The translations under genes and the position numbers were made by a program. The notes below the pieces were generated by a model. It saw only the letters and a program-made list of their open reading frames with translations, searched no databases and was not told where the DNA came from. Of a stretch of DNA of 64,000 nucleotides, positions 42,716-59,466 are shown in pieces. The stretch lies in assembly GCF_009914755.1 (NCBI RefSeq), contig NC_060940.1; one strand, written 5' to 3'. Source of the DNA: the human T2T-CHM13v2.0 reference genome, Homo sapiens. The stretch's first letter is position 1. The number at the start of each line of letters is the position of its first letter.

Positions 42716-43149
42716 CATCTCCCCAAGATTTTTATGGTTCTATTTTTAGTCACGTTGGCCTGCGTTGGTAAATTTACCTTTCCTGGTCCTTTTGAGTAAC
42801 TATCTCTGGAAAGGATTAAGTGCAGTGATCAATCAGCAGCAAAGTCCTGGAAGAAACCCATTTGTTAGTCTCTGGGCCTCCCCAGGCCTTATCAGGGCTT
42901 AGCCTTCGAGCAGTAGCAACACTTGCACCTGCAGTTACTAATTCCTGTGGAATGAAGTAGGCGGGCCCGAAATGTACAGCCCTTATCCAGTGAATTCTCA
43001 TAGGAGCAAAAAAAAGTGTTTTCTTTCCCCCTTGGAGTTCTGTTTCTTCTTAAAATTAGCTATTTCTCATACACAATAGGGACATATTCATAAAAAAGGG
43101 AAAATACTCCAAAGTTGAAAAAAAGATTGAAAAAGAAAATCCTCCAATA

Positions 43150-43665
43150 TATATCTACTCTTAGCATTTTGGCACATATTCTTACAGTAGTTTCAAATGC
43201 CCAGGCCATTTTGTTTTATTTTGTTTTGTTACAATTGTGGCATATGTACTCGTGATGGATTTGCTTGTTATCTCTAAATTAATTCTCCTCCTGCAATTCA
43301 AATATTCCAGAGATATGTATATTTTTAACACATTGTTAATTATCCCATATGGATAATAGTTTCTTTTCTCTCTTAACATTTTAAAAGCATGCCTCCAGGT
43401 TGTTCTAGACGGTCCTGAACAGTGCTTTGAATGGGGACATGTTAGTAAACCAATGAGAGGAACCACGGTTTAGTTCATCATTCTCCTTCTAACTGTATTT
43501 TTAGGTTGTCACTAACTCTTTTCAGTCGTCATTTCCATGGCCACGAACATCTTTGGTTCTAAAGCATTTTTCCCATTTAAAATTATTTCTATGGGATTGA
43601 TTTGCCAGAAGTAGAATTTCTAGGTCAAAGGTACAAACGCTTGAGAAGTCCTGATACATATTAAC
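43150..43665 (-). mobile_element. Old L1ME remnant
   Basis: TTAGGTTG...GAACATCTTTG...AGAAGTAGAATTTCTAGGTCAAAGG...TGATACATAT. Confidence 0.55.
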
Positions 43666-46275
43666 TTGGGCCAGAAATCTACCATGTAATTGAGAGCACC
43701 TTGAGCTTGGCTTCAGAGCCAGGATGAGGACAGGAATAAGTGGGCCTTTTGATTTGAAATGTTGAGATACGAATGTATTCTAGATGGGCCAAATAACCAG
43801 CTTATTTTATTTTAAAGTCGAGTGAATTTTCTGCCTCACTAATGTGCATGTCTTCAAAGACAAGTAGTGGGAACGGAGTGGGGATTTGTCATCCCATAGA
43901 ATGCCACCACATGGAATCGGTCCTGAGGCTTCTGAAAGCAGTTCCAAATTTGAATGTTTCCTAAGTTAGTTCTTGCGGTACAGCGCAGACAATATTCTTC
44001 CTCGACAATAGCTGAGACCCAAGTGCCTGGGCGCTTCCAGGTCATAATTAACCTCTTCAAAATAAGAGCAAAGAAAGGCAGGAAAAGGTCCTCTCCATTC
44101 CAGAAAGGAGAACAAAGAGGGGGAATTCTAACCCTCTTGCCACCTCTGTTCTCGTCCGTTCCATATTAAGAAGCATTCAAAGACTAGGATGCCATTTTGC
44201 AAACGTCTCATTCTCCCTGAATGGTAAGGCTCCACGCTTTAGCACAAGTGGTACAAATCTGCCTTCCCTCATTCTTTTTTGCAGATCATCCCGCTCCCCA
44301 CCCCTTTCTTTATCATGGCTCATTTGGAGCATCTGTGCATTTTTTAAAGGCTGGATTTTCTTTCTGTTGCCATTGAAACATTGCATTTGTACAGGAGAAC
44401 TACTTAATGGCACAGTTTGTTATTACATGGAATTAAATACAACCTATTTAAATCATGTACCGTGAAACCAAAGAGCTGTGTATGGAAAAAGCCTCATATA
44501 ACCCAGTTTGCCAGGTCCTAACTCCCTTCATACATATACTAACATGCAAAAGACCTCCTACCTTTTTTTTCCCCTTCTGTTTCTCTCTTGGTATAACACT
44601 ACCCTGTTTTTGAAAGTACTTGTACTGCTAATATATTCTTTAAAGAAGAGGGGGGAAACCTGTTGGTCCCCTCATAAAACAGTTAACAGGAAGCCCAAGG
44701 CATCTTTCAGTGCCATTTTTGGCTGATGTTTGGAATGGTTCCATCAATCACTGCTGTTCATGTATAGCTGGTTTTTATGTCAGTTAAACCATCTTCCATC
44801 AAGTTGGTGAAGCAGAGTCAGGGAACAAGATGAATAGCAAAACGTCTTCTGTGGCATGGAAAAGGCTTTGCTTTTAAATGCCCGTGTTGATTTCTTAATA
44901 TTTTCAACTTCCTCTTCTGAAGCCAGTTCCCCCCGACCATCAGTCATGAGTCCGTTCTTTTAACCTTGTTCAGGTGGCGTGGGGCGGTGTGTTTGGTGGG
45001 GAGTGATGGGTGCTTGCCTGGAAGTGCGAGCAATTGATCAGCTGATGAGGGGTATTTATTATCTGTCCCTGACTCCCGAGAGAGGAAATAAATCCTTGGA
45101 CCCCAGAGTGATTTTCGGAGCCACAAGAATGCAAGATGTCCTGTTTCCAGTCAGACCATAGCAGTATCAGTCTGTGCAGTTGGAATCTTGCATGGGGAGG
45201 TGTTTTTATTTCACACAAGAAAGAATGGCACATCTTTCCTTGAAAGATGTATTTTGTATATCTTAATGTCAGTTATGTTTACGTGTTTGCTGCTCAGAAA
45301 TCAACAGGATTTCTGCCCTTCCCCAGCCCCCTTTTTTTCAGCCCTTCAGAGAATATTTGTTGAGTGCAGTGTGTAAAATCATGGCGGTGCCAAGAGGGGG
45401 TGTGATGGGTGTGGCCGCCCCCCTGCCAGCAGGAGGAATCTGTTTTCACTGACATTGTTTGGAATCACCAAGCATGGTGATGATAAAAAGCAGTTAAACT
45501 TTGGTCACTTTTATTAATACTTTTAAGTCCTTAGCGAACAATGCACCCGTTATTACTTGCACCTAGTGGACATGGTTCTCATTGCTGCTGCCCACCTTTC
45601 TTTTTTTTGCCATGGGTGCAAAAGATGCCTCTGGGGATCCCAGAGGACTCAGCATTGGTAAGGATGCAGTCCTAATCCTGAAGGAGGGTACAGCTGACCA
45701 GGGAGGTAACACATGAATGCAGCTGATAGGGCCAGTTGGACCCAGATTTCAACTGCAATCTCTATTTCCTTCGGATCTGTTGCATCTGCTCAAACACTAG
45801 TTCTGCAATTTCCCAACACCTGCCCCCTGCCCCTTATAAAAGCTCATGGTTCCATGTGACTTTCCACTCCTGCGTCTCTGGCCTTGGGGCAGGTCAGTCC
45901 GTGGATCACCTCACTGTCCTAGGGATGCTCTTCTGGTCCACACTGTGCCTACCTTGGATATGGAGTTCCACTTGTTCCCTTACCTTTCACCCACCTGTGC
46001 TCCTCACCCAAGCAGGCATTGATGGAGGTCTCATACTTTACTGAAGATGTGAGGAAAGAGGACACTTATGTAGAACCCAACTGCAGGTGGAGCCTTGGCG
46101 ATCCATAGCCCTCTGTAAAGTGGGGATTGAAGCACATATCTTGCAAGGCTTGGGCATTGATTGCAGGGAGTAATGTGTATATGAATCATCAGCTATGCAA
46201 CATAATGCTGATGCTAAGTACTAACATTGATGGAGTGTTGGCATGAGCTGGGCAGAGTGCTCCATCCTCTATGTG

Positions 46276-47007
<732 letters not shown>

Positions 47008-47068
47008 TTAAATGACATCATTCAGTCCTCAGGACAACCCTCTGAGGAAGTACTTATGCCCCCCGGCC

Positions 47069-47356
47069 TTTTTTTTTTTTTTTTTTTTTGAGGCAGAGTC
47101 TTGCTCCATCACCAGGCTGGCACGATCTTGGCTCACTGCAAGCTTCACCTCCTGGGCTCAGGTGATTCTCCTGCCTCAGCCTCCGGAGCAGCTGGGACTA
47201 CAGGCACGTGCCACCATGCCCAGCTAATTTTTTTGTACTTTTAGTAGAGATGGAGTTTCACCAGGCCAGACTGGTCTTGATCTCCTGACCTTGTGATCCT
47301 CCCACCTCGACCTCCCAAAGTGCTGAGATTACAGGCGTGAGCCACCGTGTCTGGCG
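47069..47356 (-). mobile_element. AluS (Sc-like)
   Basis: Dimer with poly(T); TSD ATGCCCC. Confidence 0.93.
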
Positions 47357-48269
47357 TCATGCCCCGTTTTATAGATGACAAGGCATGGAATGGTTAAATG
47401 TCTTTCCCAAGCTCATGGAGTGGTGGCGGTGGAGGTGTTGTGAATGTGAACCCAGGAAGTCCGCCTCCAGAGCTGCAGGCATTAATGCAAAGCTGCACTG
47501 CCTCACGAGGTCGCTGATGCACTCTCATTCCTTTTCCTCCAGGGACTCCTGCACTTTGCCAGGCGTGGGCCAGAATGCCACTCGTATTGTTTATCTTAAT
47601 GCTTAGTGATAGTAGCTACCTCCAGTGCACGCCGCATTAGCCTCTCCAATGAGTTTCTCCTTTATTTTAAATGTAAATCTAGAGTTCCCTTAATCCCCTT
47701 AATTTTTAGTACGTGGCTCTGAGGGCAGAAACATTTTCAGGAGCAGCCTGGGCTGAGTTTTTAATGTGGCAGCAGCCTCGGCTGGTTTCAGCATGCAGGT
47801 GAGAAGGCCGTTCATCTGGAACTTGGGCTACCCAACAGTGCAAGTGGGGAGATCAGAGCATGGAAAATGTTTTTGTATAAACTTAGGTGGACCAAAATGA
47901 TCATTTCAACAACATTTCGGACTTGATTTTTTGTATTTATATGGCCCCTTTCTTCCCAAGAATTGAAAGCCTCAAACTAGAACGTGGCTTTTGAACGGTG
48001 AACATTCCACAAACATTTAATACAGAGATGGCTGTGGGGTGGGGGCTGGGGGCTGGGGGCCTGGAAGGGGAGAAGGGGCACCAGAAGGAGAAATGGGAGG
48101 AAAGGGCGAGTGAGATAGCAAAGAGAACTCAGAAAGTAATAAAGCCCTGCAGTAATCAGAGGGCTGAGGCCAGGTCCCCAGTGAGCGGCTGAACACACAG
48201 TGATTCAAACCCACTCCAGACCTGTGTTCTTAATCATTACCTTCACCTGGAGGGACAGACCTGGCCTTG

Positions 48270-48705
48270 GGCAAGCCACCCCCACTCCCTGGCTCTGTGA
48301 CCTTGGCAGCTGACTGGCCCTCTCCAAGATCAGTTTCCTCATTTGTGTAACAGTAGTAATCTCCAATTTAGGGGGCTGTATGGATATTAAATGAGAAAAC
48401 ACACACAGATCATTTCTTTAGCACAACGTCTATCTGGCACATTAGCGAGAGCTCCGGAAATACCCATGCCAGGGTCACAAGCTCGGTTCTGGAGCTGGAT
48501 GGCCGGGGTTTGATTCTTAACTCTGCTCCTTTCTAGCTGTGTAACTTTAGGCAAATAATGTAACCTCCATCTGCCTTTGTTTTTTCCTCTGTAATAGAAG
48601 GAACAACAACGAACAACATTTTTTTTTTGGCAAGATTAAGTGAGATCTTCCATTTGACATGCCTGGCTAATTGGCAGTGCCCAACAGATAGAAACTATTG
48701 GTATT
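48270..48705 (+). mobile_element. Two tandem MIR copies
   Basis: CTGTGACCTTGG...TCAGTTTCCTCATTTGT; CTAGCTGTGTAACTTTAGGCAA...AACCTC. Confidence 0.75.
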
Positions 48706-48756
48706 GTAAGGACTGCTTATTGGGTACATATGCTGTGCCATGGGAGGTGGAGGTGC

Positions 48757-49304
48757 TGTCATGCTGAACCCCTATTAACCTCAATAGGAAAGGCACCAGG
48801 TTCAAGAGCTGAAGAAGACACTCAGAGCCAACAGATAGACATGGGGTTTTATTAGGAGGTTACATATAGGGGAGAGAGTCCAGTGATGGCGGGCTGGATA
48901 GTACAACTGCCCACCTTACATACAGAAATGGTCCAGTGGCAGTAGGCTGGACAGGATATCCACCTCCCTACAGTCCAGTGGTGGCGGTGGGCTGGGCAGG
49001 AAAACCATAACCACCTGCAAATGTCATGTGGTTTATATCACACCTTCACTTAACACCCTCCCCCTAACAACCTCTACCTGGCAATCTTCATTTAACTCCA
49101 AACTCAGGACCTCAATCCCCTGTTTGGCCTGTGTTCCACGGGACAGGCATGGGGCACAGATGTCTGTTATATATAAGGGACAAATCTCTGGGTTGGTCAC
49201 TCCTGGATTCCCCAGCCCGGACCACACATTCAGGTGCATCTCCCACACAGGATCATTCTAAGGGTATGCTTACGTTACCGCTATTGGGGTGTGTTCACCC
49301 TGCA
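48757..49304 (-). mobile_element. LTR47-like ERVL solo LTR
   Basis: TGTCATGCTGAACCCCTATT...GGCACCAGGTTCAAGAG...CACATTCAGGTGC...GGGTATGCTT...TGCA; 5-bp TSD GGTGC at 48752-48756 and 49305-49309. Confidence 0.85.
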
Positions 49305-51489
49305 GGTGCAGAGATGGCAACCGAGGCAGCTGAGGATCAGGGAGTGGAATAACTTGCCTAGTTCTGGCTCTTCCCATCTAATGTGGCTGCACTAGATGCT
49401 GTTAGGAGGAGGAGGAAGCCTACTTTTGTTTTTTACCCAGTTTCTGTTCAAAGGTCGTATTTCATGGTGCCTCATCACAGTATGTTCTTATATGCCCTGG
49501 CAAACAGAAGGTGCTCAATAAATGCTAGTTCATCTGGTCCCTTAATGAATACTCTGGCTTCGTCATCTTCCCTAGGCTTTGGTTAATTTGGTGCCCTCTT
49601 TTGCCATTTCTGCAACCCTTATTCATTGCTGTCAACTGCTCGTTACACAGCATTGCCTGTTTCACTCTGTACAGGTGCCAGGCGTCTCTCAGCTTCTCCT
49701 CTCTTTCCCATCCAACTGAGCAGCACCAATAAATAGATAAGAAACCTGAAGGTCTACATCAAATCAGCTTCTATTGCTGCAAAACTCTTCTAGCTAACTT
49801 CATTCTAAAAGCTGTCTGAAATATATTTACTTACACCCGAGAAGATTCAAAAACATTACCGCTGAACCCCGATGCTTTGGGAACACATGGTGTCCTTGGC
49901 CACTTCCTTGCTTGTTACCTTGTCCAACAGCTGATTGGCATAGTACAGATGTAGACATCAAGTAATTCTATCGTTAAAGGATTAGTCAGCCTCTCCCTAC
50001 TCCCCACCCACTTATCTCAGTAAGGTTTAGTCAAGAAGTTGGAAATTAATGGGGAAGGAAGGTTTTGGGTTATGTGTGGATTTCATTTATCCATGCTATC
50101 TCTTCCCTCCATTAGCATGGTTAATTAAGAGTTGTCAATACATCTTTGTTGGAGTATTTGATTATTTTTTCAACAGGGAAGATTAGAATGAAGTCTTCAG
50201 ATCTGGCAAGTGTCATGGGACTTGTAAAGTAAATTGCAGGTTAAGCCCTCATTTTGATCTCTGGGATGAGAGCAAGCACCGTTTCATTGACATGTCATCA
50301 GCTATGATCTGAGGGAGCACACAGAGGTGCCCTTTGGGGAAAGAGGGGCATCTTGCACTTGTCTCCCACATTGAAAGGGTTTATTGCACAGTGAGTGTGT
50401 GCAAGTGAACAAATAGCAGATGGGTTAGAATGGACAGAAGCTAGCTCTGAGCACCTCCTGATTTATGCTTTATTTAAAAAAAATCATATGTATGTATATG
50501 TGCATACACATACATTGTTTTGTATATATTTGTCAGATGGAGGTGTGTGTAAACAAATAACAGAAATGAGTTAAAATTGACAAGTTAGCTTGGTAAACAT
50601 CTTGATTTATAATTTATTAAAAACTACGTGGGTATGTATATACATACAGACACACACACTTCTTCACCACCTGAACAAAAATCCCTTTTGAATCATCCTT
50701 CTTGCCTTCCAAACAAGTACACTAGCAAACACTTTTCCCAGATGGCAAATGACTATGCCCGTTAGGCATTTCTTTTAGCATTTGTGTTGACAATGGCCTT
50801 TATTTTTCCTTCTACTTAAGGGCTCTCACGTTCTAGAATACATCTTACCAGCGATTAATTATGCCTTGAGATTGCCAGGAGACGTAGACGAGCTTTTATT
50901 GTTTTAGCCACTGAATATACCTCTAGATAACACAATACATATTTACAGTGACAAGCTTTGTATTATTTATAGGATTATAGCAAATCATCAAAAAACAACC
51001 CAAAAAGGGCCACTTAGACCAACATCCTTATTTCTCCCTCGGCTTCAGCATTGAATTATGCATGCATTACAAATGGCAATAAGGAGTAAAGGTCGGTTTA
51101 GAACAACACAGATTGCAAAATTACACCATTTGTTTAAACAACATTCATTATTGATTATTCAGCATAGGGGCTGATAGAAACGCAAACAGTGGCAGTAATA
51201 TCATCTATTTACGTAGGCCCTTTATAAATGTGGGACCATACCCTCTGTTTAGATCGGAACAATTGTTCAAATTTTCCAGCTCTGTTTTGCAAGAAAGTAA
51301 AGATGAATTTGGCATCTACTTCCTTGTGTCTTTTAATTTTTGAAAGATTTTTGGTATTCTCCCTATATCACTGAAGAGAGGGAATTGGGGTTCAGATGGA
51401 TTAAGTAATTTACTTAAGGTCCTGCTTCTAAAGTTATAAGTACTCTTTCCATCATATAACACTTAGCATGTCTGAAGCCAGTAATTTAT

Positions 51490-51745
51490 TAATAATAGTA
51501 ATGATAATAATTATAACCATATCTAATACATATTAACTCTTATTTTACCAGTCCATGCACAAAGTGTTTTGCATGTGCTTCGACTTTCAGCCTTTACAGA
51601 AACCCTGTGAATAGACATTATTATGATGTTCGCTTTATAGCTGAAACTGAGGTGCAAAGGAGTTAGGTACCCTGCTCAAGATCACTGGGTTAGTAAGTGG
51701 CAGAACTGGATGATGGAAGTCATCACTGTGTTCCAGTATCTGCAG
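51490..51745 (-). mobile_element. MIR
   Basis: AACCCTGTGA...GAAACTGAGGTGCAAAGGAGTTAGG...CTCAAGATCAC...AGTAAGTGGCAGA. Confidence 0.8.
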
Positions 51746-52280
51746 AAGTGTCACACTTTTGTGCTTTGACCGTCTTCTCATGACCCATGAATGCCATGAT
51801 TTCACAAACCTGTTCAAACAGTATTGGTTTAATGGTTGATTCAAATGGGTGTTCCAAAGATATCGTAAATATATTTAGGATATTAGAAATAAGATATTTA
51901 ACTTTACTAACATAAACCTTCAATTTAGTTTTAAAGAGTCTTAGAGCAGCATAAACAACATGACTTTCAACTAAAATGGAATTTACTAAATAAAACCCAA
52001 GAGATTAATTGTAGGAGCTATGTCCTGGTGACTTGGGAAAGAAAAATGTAAGGTGGTAAGCTTACGTACATGCTTTCGGCATACACTTCCCACCTCCAGC
52101 CTCGCATTCCCCTGGTACAACTCAACAGGCATTTCATTTTGCCTTACAAATTGAGTGCAACCGGGAAGCTCATCGCATAGCTGCTTACTCAGAAAATCTG
52201 GTGTAGTGGCTTAGCTAGCATAACTTTTGAGAGGTCTCTGTGTGATGGTCTTTTTTAATGTCTTTCGTGAAGAATTCTTC

Positions 52281-52588
<308 letters not shown>

Positions 52589-52590
52589 GA

Positions 52591-53032
<442 letters not shown>

Positions 53033-53909
53033 AACTTCCCTTTCTAAGAGCCCTCTTGGGGCTCTGATATGCACCTCTCATACCTCAGCCCCAGTCAGGG
53101 TTGTTGAAAACCCACTGTCTGCCCAGAGGCTGGGAGCACATCTTGGTCTGCCTGGTATGGAGGGCTGGGAGGAGGATTGCAGGAACTGCTTAAGAGGCCT
53201 CACTTTGCAAGAGCAGTTCAGGATGTGTTTCCAGCACAGTTTCCAACATGTGCCACCCATGGCTTCCCCTTTCATGTTCCTGGCCTTTATGCTAAGTTCT
53301 CACATTGTTATTTTTACAAGTCTTTTCCAAGGCCTCTGATTTTCTAGACCATTTAATGTTTGCCATAACCCATAAGGGTATAACTGTCTTGGCACATTCA
53401 GATCCCCCGTCCCCCTGCTGTCCTTCTAGTCAGTTTCTGGCACACTATGTTTATGAGCTTACAGAACAGCTCCTAGGTTTTCTTACTTCCAAAACAGTGG
53501 GCAAGAACAGCTACCTTTTAGAAGCAGGAAAAAGGAACATAATGAATAAACCTAAAGGATTTAAAAACTTGGAAGACACTAAGAAACTATATTGCCGAGA
53601 AAGAGAAATGTAAATTCCGCTGGATAAATTAGCGTTTGCGGTTACTTCTCTCTTTGTTGCTTAAGCAGAGGAGAAACAGAAGTCATAGCAAAGAGAGAGG
53701 TAGCTGCAAAAGCTAATTTATCCAAAAGAATTTACATTTTTCTCTCTTGGCACTATAGGGGGCATGTTTACTCTCCTGATGTCTTTTGGGGAAGGCGAGG
53801 CACAAAAGAAGGGCATCTTCTTCCTTCACACACACACCCCACTTAGGAAAATACGTACACTTGAGATGCCAGAGACACACCCAAGTAGAACACATCCCAA
53901 GAACAGTCA

Positions 53910-54420
<511 letters not shown>

Positions 54421-54669
54421 CACTTCAGACTTCCAGTCTTGTGTGGCCTGTCTACCACACCATGAGACTTCATGTCTCTCCTAAATGAGGAGAACCAAAG
54501 CTGGAAATTGTCACCCCCTGTCAGCCCACAGCACTGGTTTCTAAACCTACTGGCCTCTACCGCTTCACTTCTCACTGTAATCTCTCTGACCCTACCTTCC
54601 AGCTTCTCTTGAGAACTTGACTCTTAAATTCATTGGTGAGAAAGGAAATTTTTGCTCCAATAAACTGGG

Positions 54670-54925
54670 TAGCTCAGTCCAGGAGAGAAATGTACTGGAC
54701 TCAGACTTGGAGGACAGAGCTTTGTGACCCTCCTAGGCAATGTAATGACCCTCTCCTGGCCTCAATTAACTGAGGCCAGGAGAGGGTCATTAGCAAACTG
54801 TCCTTTGCTAAATGGGACTAATGGGAAGAATAGTGTCTGCCAAATAAGGTGGTTGAAGGATTGGATGAGACTGACATTTCATTTGCATTTAGTGAATACT
54901 TGTTGAATGACTGAATGAATGGTTG
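54670..54925 (+). mobile_element. MIR plus L2-type tail
   Basis: TGTGACCCT...ACCCTCTCCTGGCCTCAA...; GAATACTTGTTGAATGACTGAATGAATG. Confidence 0.55.
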
Positions 54926-56911
54926 ATGTACAGAAACATGAACAGAGAGTAGAGCAGAACATTGGTGAATGGTAGTAGATTGCCTCAGACGCCCCCCTTT
55001 AGAATCACACAAGCTGTCATCTGTGATTGCATACCTGTAGAAGTCTCTATCATTTCGTAGTCTATGTAAATGTTGACCAACTGAGTTGTTCAGTGTACAG
55101 ACTGAACAACCATACAGGGAATCCCTAATCTCCTGCACTGTGAGTCAAAGAGTCAGACAGGTCTAGATGCATTTGCTTCAGGTGAGGCCAAGGCAGTCTA
55201 CTCTTAATGGCACATTAGGCTTTGGACTTGAGGCCGTGTCTTTTACATTTCGCAGCAATCAGAAGGAATGGGGTCGCCCCATGAACTTCTTAACCACATA
55301 CAGGCTCGTGGCGTGGGGTCTTCATCTGGCTACTAGATTGTTTAAAGAAGGATTTTTGTGATTCTTCTAGGCTGACACATTGCCTGTCATCTGTTGTTTT
55401 TCTAATCTTCTAGTAAACATTTGGAAAGTGAAGGTTTAGGCATGTATGTTTCTCTTATGTAGGAAGGGGAAATAAGGCCATGAGATTGCATGAGTTTTCT
55501 TTCCAAGTTTGTGCAGATCTGCACAATGATTGAAATATTTGCAACCTGTAGAGCAGCAGGGTATTTATTTGGCAGCAAACAGTATTGATGGATTCGGGGA
55601 ATGCCATTTGACAGTTACAGGCTCCCGTGAGGCGGTGCAGGCTCCTCCGAGCCAGGGATGGAGCTGGGGATTGAGTGACACAAGACTCTTTGGGTATGTC
55701 TCAAACAATATAAATCACCAGCAAAATCTCACTCCTACAAGGAGAACCTGCAGGGAGCTCCGTGGGAGGCACTGCTGTTTACTCTCCTCATTCCCCACTG
55801 CAACCACGCAATTAAAACCAAGGAATGGAATCTGATGTCTACCGCAGCGGTTTTTTCCATCTCCATTCCTTCTGCATTGGGAGGCTTAAAAAAAAGAAAA
55901 ATTAGATCCCAGATTCTTTATTCTTTTGGAAGGATTTGAAACGATTATCACTCATGCTCTGCTGCTTTGAATGGAAAAGTGATTTGATAACTTTCAAAAC
56001 TCTTAGCCTTCTAAGACTTAGATTCTGGTACTATCTCATTTATGTGACGTGGGACAAATAGCCACTCTCTTGCATAGGATTTTCTTTTCTTTCTAGAAAC
56101 AGGAACTGAGTATGTTTCCAATATTTTTTTATTTCTCCTAAAAAAATCAGAGACTATATATATAAAATCTCACAAACTTTGTTTCCCAGAAAAACAACTA
56201 TATTTAAATGCAGCTCATACTGTATGTAAGTATGATGTAGGAAAATCTGTTAATTGTGTGACAATTATGACTTCTGAGCTGCTCATTTATTAAAATATTC
56301 TCCCTATAATTAAAAATATTTTATTTCGGAGACATGGCTCCATTAATTGCACATTTCCTAATGAAGTTTGAAGGAAGATTTAAAAATCATATTAGCCACT
56401 TGTACAAAAACAAACCAGTCATATCATAGCATTAATAACAAAAAAATTCCACTGTTTATTTAACGTACCAGCAAATTCTACCGTATATTGTTTGCTCTCC
56501 GTTTGGTGGGACTAAAAAGGGATTTAAAAATAGGCTATATACACTGAATGTAGTTTCACTGGAAGATTTAATGCCAACATGTTCTTTTTTGGTATTAACA
56601 TATTGCATTGGTGTGAAAACTAAAATGCCTTCAGCGATGATCTTTTCCTTTGGAAAACTAGATTCCCACTCGGATGCTACGAGGGGTAATCTGTGCTAAG
56701 TTTATGGTGTGTCTGCCAGGGCTCTGCTTTAAAAAACAAAACAAACCCTTTTGGAGGCCTTGACAGTTCCATGGAATTCCTAGGAACAGCCTAGAAGGTG
56801 AATGATGCAGCCCAGTTGTTTTTATTCTGAGTTTGGCAAAAATGATAGAGAAGAAAATGTACTTTTATGTGTTCGTTCGACAGTTAAAGAGTATTCCAGA
56901 TTCCTCCCTCC

Positions 56912-56942
<31 letters not shown>

Positions 56943-57399
56943 TATTCCCTAGCCAAGGCCCACATGGCTTTTCTTTACTTTAAGTACTCCTCATATTATC
57001 TTGACCTTAAAGTTTACAGGGTAAAAGAAACATTTATGGAACAGTTAAGACCAGTTAGAACATAACGACTTGCCTCATTATCACACTCCACAAATCTCCA
57101 CTTTACAGAGTTCACTTCCCTGCCTGCTTTAAACATGTGTTTGGCCTGCAAACAGTGTTACTAGTGCTCGCATATGGAAACAGAGAACTTCTCATTCCTT
57201 ACCTCAGACGTGCCAAAAATAAGAATCTTTAAGAACTCATAAAGTAATTTAGCACCACGTTAATAAAAGAAGCACCATTTTGAATTAGTTCTGTAAGTAT
57301 GTGTTTGAGTTAGAAATAGAGTTTTAAAAAACTGTCTGTTCATATAGTTCATCTGCTTAATAAGTAAACAGCTCTTTCAAATCACCAAGCTCAAATAAA

Positions 57400-58185
<786 letters not shown>

Positions 58186-58189
58186 TAAG

Positions 58190-58579
58190 TGCTTCGTTAA
58201 ATGAATCCTAGATCCCGTGCCTTCTGACTGGGTGAGACCTCCCAGCAGGCGTTGCCAGAGAACTTACACAGGAGCGTTTCTGCTGGAATCAGCTCGATGC
58301 CTCTTGAGGACAGAGACTCCCAGAGGAAGGAGCAGGCAGCCATCCTTGCTGTGCTGCAGCCTCCACAGGTGACACCTCCTGGTGTGGGAGGGACCCAGGT
58401 GAACAGGGTCTGGATTAGACCCCCAGCAAACTACAGCAGTGTTACTGGGAAGAGGGGCCTGATTGTTAAAAGAGAAACAAACAGAAAACAACAACATCAC
58501 TAACAAACAAGTTCCCACAAAGACCCCATCCAAAGGTCAGCAGCCTGAAAGATCGAAGCCAGATAAATTCACAAAAATG
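58190..58579 (+). mobile_element. Primate L1PA (PA8-13-like) 5'UTR fragment ending at the ORF1 ATG
   Basis: GATCCCGTGCCTTCTGACTGGGTGAGACCTCCC...CCAGAGGAAGGAGCAGGCAGCCATC...CCCCATCCAAAGGTCAGCAGCCT...AGATAAATTCACAAAAATG. Confidence 0.85.
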
Positions 58580-58597
58580 TAAGGCTCATTTACATTA

Positions 58598-58885
<288 letters not shown>

Positions 58886-58896
58886 TTATCTCTGCC

Positions 58897-59160
<264 letters not shown>

Positions 59161-59466
59161 TTATTGATTAAAATTTAAATATAAATTACAAGTAATAATG
59201 AAAGTATGAAATTTTTATTGATTCATAAATATTTGGTTTTAATCAAATATGATGTGAAGCTTTAAGTGAAATTATTGATATTCGAAGTTTTTTTTTGAAT
59301 GTTTAAATCATTTCACATTCACATTTTTTAAGTAAAATGAAACAACTTGACATTTTAGCATAGAATGTTTATATGGTGGCCAAAAAAGCAGATTGGTATC
59401 ATGCTTTATGTGTGTTCATTCTAGTCCTGCACGTGTAGAAATGTAAGATTTTAATGTGTGGTAAGG

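Noticed and set aside
44224-44284. GTAAGG...TTTTTTGCAG mini-intron
   Set aside because: 61 nt is below the usual human minimum, and the flanks show no coding frame.
45405-45575. CTCF-like motifs
   Set aside because: Only partial matches to the core; cannot be supported without PWM scoring.
58264-58533. Antisense ORF in the L1 5'UTR as possible ORF0
   Set aside because: It lies next to the ORF1 start rather than at the ORF0 position, and I see no resemblance to ORF0.
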